44,439 nt of DNA from Balamuthia mandrillaris (taxonomy: Eukaryota), in assembly GCA_031835245.2 (NCBI GenBank), contig JAVKOQ020000107.1, positions 124,001 through 168,439 on the forward strand, in the 5' to 3' direction. Every line of letters begins with the position of its first letter. Position 1 is the stretch's first letter. The position numbers and the translations under genes are program-made. The notes beneath the pieces are model-generated. The model was not told the origin of the DNA and did not search any database. It was given only the letters and a program-made list of their open reading frames with translations. Shown here one piece after another: positions 36,986-44,439 of the stretch.

Positions 36986-39034
36986 TCATTCTTCTTCTTG
37001 CCATGCAAACACATCCATCGCAGGAGCACAAGCGTAGGCAGCATGTCGTTGATAATTGTGCATCTTCTCTTCTTCTTCTTCTTCCGCCATTTTCTTCGTT
37101 TCTCTTTGTTCTTCTTCTTTTTGTTGGTACTTGGTGAACTCTTGCACGATTTCGGCCACGGAGAGAAGAACGTCTTTGGAGAGGACGCCACTCTCCGATT
37201 GAAACGCCAAAAACTTGCGAAGAAAAGCAGAGAGCTCATCGAAGGAGCCGGAAGGAAGGTGGCAGAGGAGCAGGTCTTTGTTGATGTCGTCGCCGCGAGC
37301 CAAACAGCCCAATAAAAGCGCGACGTAGGATGCCATCACTCTGTTCTCCACTTTCTTTAACTTTTTGAAAGAAAGAACGAAAGAAAGAAGGAATGTATGA
37401 ATGAATGAATGAACGAAACGGCAAGAAAGAAAGACAAAGAAGGAAAAAGAGGAAGCAAAGAAGAATACTTACAGGTTGGTCATCGTCGTCATCGTCATCA
37501 ACGATGTCACAGTTCTTTTTCTTTCTTCGTTGGATGTAAAGGTTCACTAAGAAAGGGATCGTTTCTATTTTCTCAGTTTCGGATGTTATTTCTGGATAAA
37601 GATTTTAGACTTCTGTTAGAACAAAAAAAAAAAAACAAACACGAAAGCGAAAGAGGAAGGAAGGTACCAATATCACGAAATGCGGCTTTGTATTGTTGGT
37701 TCTTTTCTACAATGTTGATGAGGAGGCAAACGGTCAGCAATATCACATCGAACCGCTCGCAGGGCAGCTTCAACACCTCCAAACTCAGCAAGGAGCTTAT
37801 AGTCTCCATTCCTCTGTTCCTCTGTTTTGGTTTAAAAATAAAATCAAACACTAAGTAACACAGCGTGATACAAAAAGTGATTTTAAACGTACCACGATGG
37901 CTTCGCACCCTGCTTCGTTCTCATTGGAAAGGTTTATAAGTACTTTGATGGCAGCAGCCAAACATGACACTTTTGCATTGAACCAGAACAAACAAATGAG
38001 TTAAAAACAAAGAAAAAAGTGAACAAGAGAGAGAACCGCTAAACATACCAATAGCGTTCGGAGATGCTCCGTTAGAGATTCTTTTCTTGATGGCCTCTAT
38101 TGGTTCAATGTTACAATTCAGTTTGCAAAGTAAAAAGAAAATAAAAAATCATGAAAAAAGAAAAGCAACCTTCACAAAGAGAAAGAGTGCGAAGAAGGGA
38201 AGGAATCATGGCAGGAGTGGTCGAAATCAGGTGTTGCTGGTTCTTAGAGGCGGTGCTGCTGTTTGTCACGTTCTCCAATAGTTGCAAATAGCTCTCTAAC
38301 CGATGCAAATGCTGAGATTGTCTCAACATCTCTTTTTCCTATATTTTGTAGTTGTTGAGAAGAAAGGAAAGAATGAATGTAGAATAATATACCATATCTG
38401 AATTTGTGCGGCTTTCGTCCAAAGACAGAGTGGGTATAAGAGGTAACGTTTGATCAATGAGTTTGGCCAATTGATCCAACCCATTGTAAAGTCGAATGGC
38501 CTCCTCAAAGGCCTTACATCCAGTGCGAGACAATCTGATCAATGCCTCTAAAGCTAAAAATGATGGCGTTATCTTTCCAATTGTTCTGTGGATTAGTCCA
38601 CTACATATAAAAATGTGAAGAAGAATGGGGAGAGAGATGACAAACTTTGGAATGATGAGAAAGCGGTTTGGTGAAACGCTCTTCGGTGAATAAGTTTTGG
38701 ATTTTGAGCACAACATCCTCTACGATATGTCCAAAACTTCTTCTGCGCTGAAGAGTAGGAGCTCGTATTGTGTTCTTTTGCCGTTGGCGAGAAGGAGAAG
38801 AAGGAGTTGAAGAAGCAGCAGCATAAGAAGAAAGAAGATTCAAGAGAGATAGAATGCACTTTTCGGTGATGTAGTTTGAATTGAGCGAGTCTTTGAAAAC
38901 GAAATAAATAATAGCCGCTGATGCAATGGCCAAACCCTGTTTGCCAAAAAATAAAATAAAATAAAATAAATAAATAATTCAATCAATCTGTCATTTGAAA
39001 AGCGAAACGAGCGAGAGACAGAGAGAAAGAGCGC

Positions 39035-39071
<37 letters not shown>

Positions 39072-39233
39072 CTCATCGAGCGAAATGTTATCTTCTAGCA
39101 AAGCAAATATATTGGGAAAGAGGCCATGTGCTCGTAATAGATGTCCTGCTTCGGGATTCATACACAACTTGGCTAGTTCGAATGTGCTTTTTCACAACAT
39201 AAGTCTCAATGCTGTCTTTTCGTTCGTGTAAAA

Positions 39234-39269
<36 letters not shown>

Positions 39270-40312
39270 TGTGTACCTGCCTCGACGAACAGCAAGAGGT
39301 TGGTGAGTGCTTACTCCATCCAGCAAATACTCCAATTCATCCTTTGGTGCGAGAGCAACACACATAGACAAAGAGAGAGAGAGAGAGAGAACATATAAGG
39401 ATGAAGTTAGAAGGAAGATTTCAGCACAAACACACAAAGTAATATGGGAGAGGCCAAACAAACCAAAATAGAAGCTTGCTCTCCAGATTGTTCTAGTTCG
39501 AAGCTCGACTTTAAGCTATCTTCGTGTTCTTCGACTTTACTTCCTCGCCCACTTCTCCGTCTACCACCACTAACCAACTTTGCACTCTGTTTTTTTGGGT
39601 TCGTCGTTGTCGTCGTCTTCTCTGGCGTTGTTTTCTTTGTCTTCTTCTCGTTTTTGCTTTCACTTTCACCCTTATTTTTACAACTGGCTGAAGTTGGAAC
39701 AAGCTCCACTTCTTCATTTGTCTTTGAGGCCATCGGCGTCCCGTCCTCCTCCTCTTTGTCGTCTTTCTCTTCCTCGCTGCTCAGTTCCAAAGTGATGACT
39801 TTTGAAAGCGTGGAAGAAGCAGAAGAACAAGAAGAAGAAGAAGAAGAATCGAAGAGCTTCCTTCTCTTGCGAACAGCAGTGAGAGGGACGTTCACATCTG
39901 CCGAGCGACCAATCGGTTTTCTCGTTGTCGCTATCGTGGTGGGTGAGGGAGAAGACGAGGGAGAAGGAATATCGCCACCAAGCCCAGAAGGAGCGCTCAC
40001 GCTTCTTCGCATGGCGACACTCCGTTTTCTCTTTTTGTTGTTGTGGATGACCCGTGCTTTACTTGAAGTAGTGGCAGAAGAAAAAAAGGGAGAAGGTTCT
40101 TCTCCCAATGGAAGCGACGAGGAGGAAGCGCAGCCAGCCATCGACGCCATCCATGAGGTAGAGGCAGAAGAAGTGACAAAAGGAGAAGCGGCAGCGGTAG
40201 AAGAAGAAGAGGAAGAAGAAGCAGAGGTGGGAGAAAGGAGAGAAAGGTTGCGAGAGTGTTGAGAGATGTTCCTTCTGCGAGCGTACGTTCGTACCGGCTC
40301 TTCTTCCATCAT
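36986..40312 (-). CDS. WAPL: WAPL cohesin release factor; multi-exon
   Basis: Disordered N-terminus, then ELEQSGE...DELEYLLDG...PLAVRR...LLRAHG, QLLENVT, KVLINLSNEN, LLINIVE, VMASYVALLLGCL. Confidence 0.88.
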
Positions 40313-40617
40313 ATGTTTTTGATCAAAAGTTATCTTGATTTAAAAAAAAGTGAAAGTCTGGTTGATTGATTATCTAGAGAGATTGTGGCTCCTTTGCTGC
40401 TACTCTTTTTTTTTTGCCTCTCAAAAAGAAAAAAATGATTTTTCTTTCATCTCTTTTTTTTTCTTTCTTTGTTTTTTTTATTTCCCGCCAAAATCGCTTT
40501 CCTCATTATTTGCGGACACTTTGTCGACAAAGTCGACAAATAATATAATTGTCCGCATAAAATAATTCCTTTTTTTTGTTAAGGTAAGTGTGACGTCATT
40601 TCCCCGCGGGGATTTGA

Positions 40618-41833
40618 ATGCTGTACAATTTCTGCTTTTTTTGTGCACAAACAAAGGACCAAAAGAACAACAAAAGAGAGCTGATCGAATCGATGAGGGC
40701 TGCGCAACCCTCCTCCGCTCTGCGGGGCAGACACGTTGCGGCGGCACGCCGCGCTGACGCCATCCTTCACTCCCTTTGTCCCGAACCTCAACATCCAGGC
40801 CGCGCCGCGCTTTTGTCCATCGCTTTCGCTTCTGGCCACCACCATGAGGATGCACAGGAGGAGGAGGAGGATTGGTGGTTGTTGGAACGAGCCGCCACGG
40901 TGACGATCGGCAATGTGACGCTGCCGTTGAAGGCCCCGCCCAGGCAGCCGGAGCTGGTGCCTTGGCGCGTTGCACCTGCCGGCTCGCCCATTGCGGACGA
41001 TACCTCCCAAGAAGTGTTGGGCCATCTTCGGTGGATGCTTCAAAAGGACCAGCTGCAACAGGACATGTTCCTCATTGGGTATTTTTCTCTTTTTCTCTCT
41101 TTTTCTTTTTCTTTTTATTCTTTTTCTCTTTCTTTTTCTTTTTCTTTTTCTTTTTCTTTTTCTTTTTCTTTTTCTTTTTCTTTTTCTTTTTCTTTTTCTT
41201 TTCTTTTTTCTTTTTTCTTTTTTATTTTTCTGATATTTTTTCCTATTCGTTTTCCATTGTTGGAAAAAAATGTTTTTTTTTTTTTTTTTTTTTGGTTGTG
41301 TAATAGACCACCAGGACCTTCTCGCCGATGGCTAGCCTTTCGCTATTGTGAATGTACATTCATTCCCTCTTTCTTCATTCTTGTTTCGTGCTTTCCTTCT
41401 GTTGTGTTAGCGTTCTTTCTGCTTTCTTCCTCCTGCCTTCCTTCATGCTTCTTCCTGTTCACGTTTGTTTAAAAACAAAGTAACAAGAAGAGAAGCAGAG
41501 TATGTGGCTCTCTCTCCGGATACCACCGAAAGCGATCTCAAACAACGAAAAGAAATCATCGCAGGAACGGTTCACCACATCAATCAACCTCCCGTTGTTG
41601 CTGCCATTGAAGGCCGTATCCTTGTGTTAGAAGGTCTCTCAATCCATCTTTGCAAATTTTTACGTTTTGTTGCTTATCTGGTACTCTCAATTGGGTGTAT
41701 GGACGACGAAAGAAAGGCATGGAAAAGTGTGAGAGAAACGTGCTTCCTGTCCTTAACAATCTGCTAGAGGTTCGCTTCTTTACTTTTTGGTTCCTTCTTT
41801 CTCTTTCTCTTTTTCTGTTTCTTTTTCTTTCCC

Positions 41834-41877
<44 letters not shown>

Positions 41878-44439
41878 CTTAGTTTTTGACATTCTTTATT
41901 TGAAGAATCGAGAAATGACTTTAGAAGATGGAAGGATGCTTGTACCAAGTAAACGTTACGACGACATCAAACAAACTCATTCCCCAGAGCAGTTTGCTGC
42001 TTTGCGTCTTGTTCGTGTTCATCCCGACTTCCGTGTGATCGCTCTTGGGTTACCTGTAGGCCTTTTCTTCATCTTTCTCCTCCCTTCTACTCAGCAAAAC
42101 AACTGAACAAAAGAAAAAATAAGGTTCCACGTTTTGCAGGAAATAGTTTAGATCCGCCTCTTCGTTCCCGTTTTCAGGCGAGAGAGGTTTCCTCGTTTAC
42201 GGTCGGCACTCAGTTCGCGGCATTATCTGCCTGCGCGCCAGAGCTTCCACCACTTTTGCTTCGCAATCTTTTGAGCTTATCCGAAGCTATGCGCGCTATG
42301 GAGGCTGGAGGTATCGTTAACGATATCTCCCTTCTTCTGCCTTCTTCTCATGTTTCCGTGCGCTTTCTCGTTTTTTTTTAACCTTCGTGTTTCATTTGTT
42401 CGATCTACATGCAGACCTTATGCCAAACATGCCGTACTTTTCCGATACGATGATGCTGTCTTGCATCAACGGGTTGGTTAAGTTTCCGTATCTTTGGACA
42501 AATGACCACAACGACAACAGAAGGAACGCGCCAAATCCTTCTACGTTAGGATTATGGTCGTTGATTCATCGTCTCTTTCCTTACACGTTGCTTTGTGATG
42601 ATACCGAAAGGGAAAGCATTGAACTCGCTCTTCGTCGCTTTGGAGTTATTCCAGTATCCTTACCATCCTCGAATCGTCTTCTTCTTTCCTCTTCAAAAGA
42701 AAAACAAATGCAGGAACAAAACCAAGAAGCGACTGAAGCAGAAAAGAAGGACAAACCACAACAAGGACCACCTCCATTCTTTTTCGCTTGTGAAGTTCAC
42801 TTAGAAAGCATCATTGTTACTCCGACAAGTTCTTCTTCACAAGCCACTTTTACTTTCACGACAACCTCTCTTCCCTCGATCACACTCGTTGCTCCTATCG
42901 GTGCTTTCTTCAAACCTTTATCATGTTCTTCATCTTCTCTTTTTTCATCACCACTCTACGTTGATACTTTCTTCCATGGACGAGTATTAGAAGAAATGAT
43001 GCAAGATCATGTTGCAGGCAAAGATCTTTGCTTAGTTGGAGATAAAGGCATCGGCAAGTCGATGCTCATCAAGTTGTTTGCTTCTATACTGGGCTATTCT
43101 GCTGCTTCTTCTACAAATGAAATAGTTGAAAAAGAAGATCGTTTGCGAGAAGCTTCCCCTTTTTATCGGGTGATTCATTGTTTCAAGGATATGACCTCTC
43201 GTGATCTTCTTCAAAGAAGAGTGACGGATGAAAATGGAGACACTAGTTGGCAACCTTCTCCTCTTATTCTTGCTGCTCTTCATGGTACTCTTCTCCCTTC
43301 TTTCATTCGCTTGTCTTGCTCGTTGTGTTTCTTTTGTTTCGCGATTCTGACCCTATGTTCAATACAAAAAGGTGAGTTAGCAGTATTGGATGGAGTACAT
43401 CGATTGCCTCGTACTACTCTTTCCATGCTTCAACGCCTTATCAGCGATCGCGAGATTTCTCTCTTTGACGGCACTCAACTGGTGCGCCAAGAGCGCTATC
43501 ATCGCATGCTTACGCTTCTCGTCAAAGCGAGACGACGCCAACAGCAACAAACGCAATCTTCTTCCGACACCAACAATGATCACTCTCTTCAAGATGAATG
43601 CATAGAAGAGTTGAAGAAAAGAAAAGTGTATCCAGTTCATCCCTCTTTTCGCGTTATTGTTACAGGAACATTTGCTCCGATCGCAAATAACAGCAGCAAC
43701 AACACATCCCTTAGTAATTCGATTACAGCAACCACAGCAAAGTCGGGCAAACAAGGATGGATTACTTCGGAATTATTATCTCTCTTCCATTTTCATTATT
43801 TGGATTCGGGAGCTTTTCTGGAAGAGGAGAAAGAAAAGTTGCTACTCCGACTCTTTGGAATAGAGCAACAGTATTTGATTCGCAAGCTTTTGGAGTTCGA
43901 TGGAATGTTTCGTCAATCTTCGCTTCCTGGATTACCTGCGACAGGTTTATCGCTTCGTCAACTCATTCGACTTTGCAAGCTTTCTTCTTCGGCAAACCAG
44001 CCATTGGGAACAGCAGTAGAGGAACAGCCAACGCAAGTAGCACAGAAGGTGGTAGCTTTGTTACACCAAAATATTATGCGCACGATCATGGCCTACTTTT
44101 TGCCAACACAAACAAGACAAGCCATAGAACAAATGCTTGAACAATGCTCTATTCGGCCATTGCCACAAGGCGAAGACGGTACTTCTTTCTTTTTCTTCCT
44201 TTCTGTTTTTGCAAATCATTCTCGTTTCTGACTGAGATGTACAGTGGAGAGCCATAAGGAATACAAGATAGAAGTGACAGACGACAGAGAAGGCTTTGTA
44301 CGTATAGGCGATGTATGCGTGAGAAGGCGTCAACCAACGCATCCAGGGCTTGTACCTCACGTGCTCTTCTATGATGTACCTAAACACGTTGCCATTCTCA
44401 AAGACTTGCTTCGTGACTTTGCTTTGGGCGAGCATCTGC
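40618..44439 (+). CDS. VWA8: VWA8 AAA+ ATPase, 5' part; multi-exon, runs off the window
   Basis: LGHLRWMLQKDQLQQDMFLIG|PPGPSRR, EYVALSPDTTESDLKQRKEI, ERNVLPVLNNLLENREM, VHPDFRVIALGLP, LDPPLRSRFQ, second Walker A GDKGIGKS, KDMTSRDLLQRR. Start may be ATG 40693. Confidence 0.93.
41095..41220. repeat. (TTTTTC)n microsatellite in the first VWA8 intron
   Basis: Directly visible; one of many intronic simple repeats. Confidence 0.9.

Noticed and set aside
41616..41623. GTATCCTT U12-like donor
   Set aside because: Lies within conserved VWA8 coding sequence (GRILVLEG).

Overview
Gene-dense, intron-rich eukaryotic DNA using the standard code and GT-AG introns, many containing (CT)n/(GA)n microsatellites. 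The style suggests a free-living protist, plausibly an amoebozoan (inference). I reconstructed 12 protein-coding genes by manual splicing: a giant USP9X/24/34-family deubiquitinase (cut by the left edge), TRMT2A, an EROS/CYBC1-like membrane protein, an 18-exon MEIOB that the ORF track almost misses, a MerT+HMA fusion, an SLC25 glutamate/aspartate-type carrier, a two-SH3 proline-rich adaptor, a homeobox factor, a PqqB-like metallo-hydrolase, an MFSD1-like transporter, a glutamate carboxypeptidase II homologue with a C-terminal TM helix, and WAPL. VWA8, cut by the right edge, is a thirteenth. The most notable items are: an intron-containing eukaryotic MerT-MerP-type metal transporter head-to-head with MEIOB; a candidate H/ACA snoRNA in a USP intron; a 198-codon AUG-free in-frame extension upstream of the USP start; and a recurrent GTCGAC-centred palindrome near most gene starts. 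Family assignments come from remembered motifs, not database searches.
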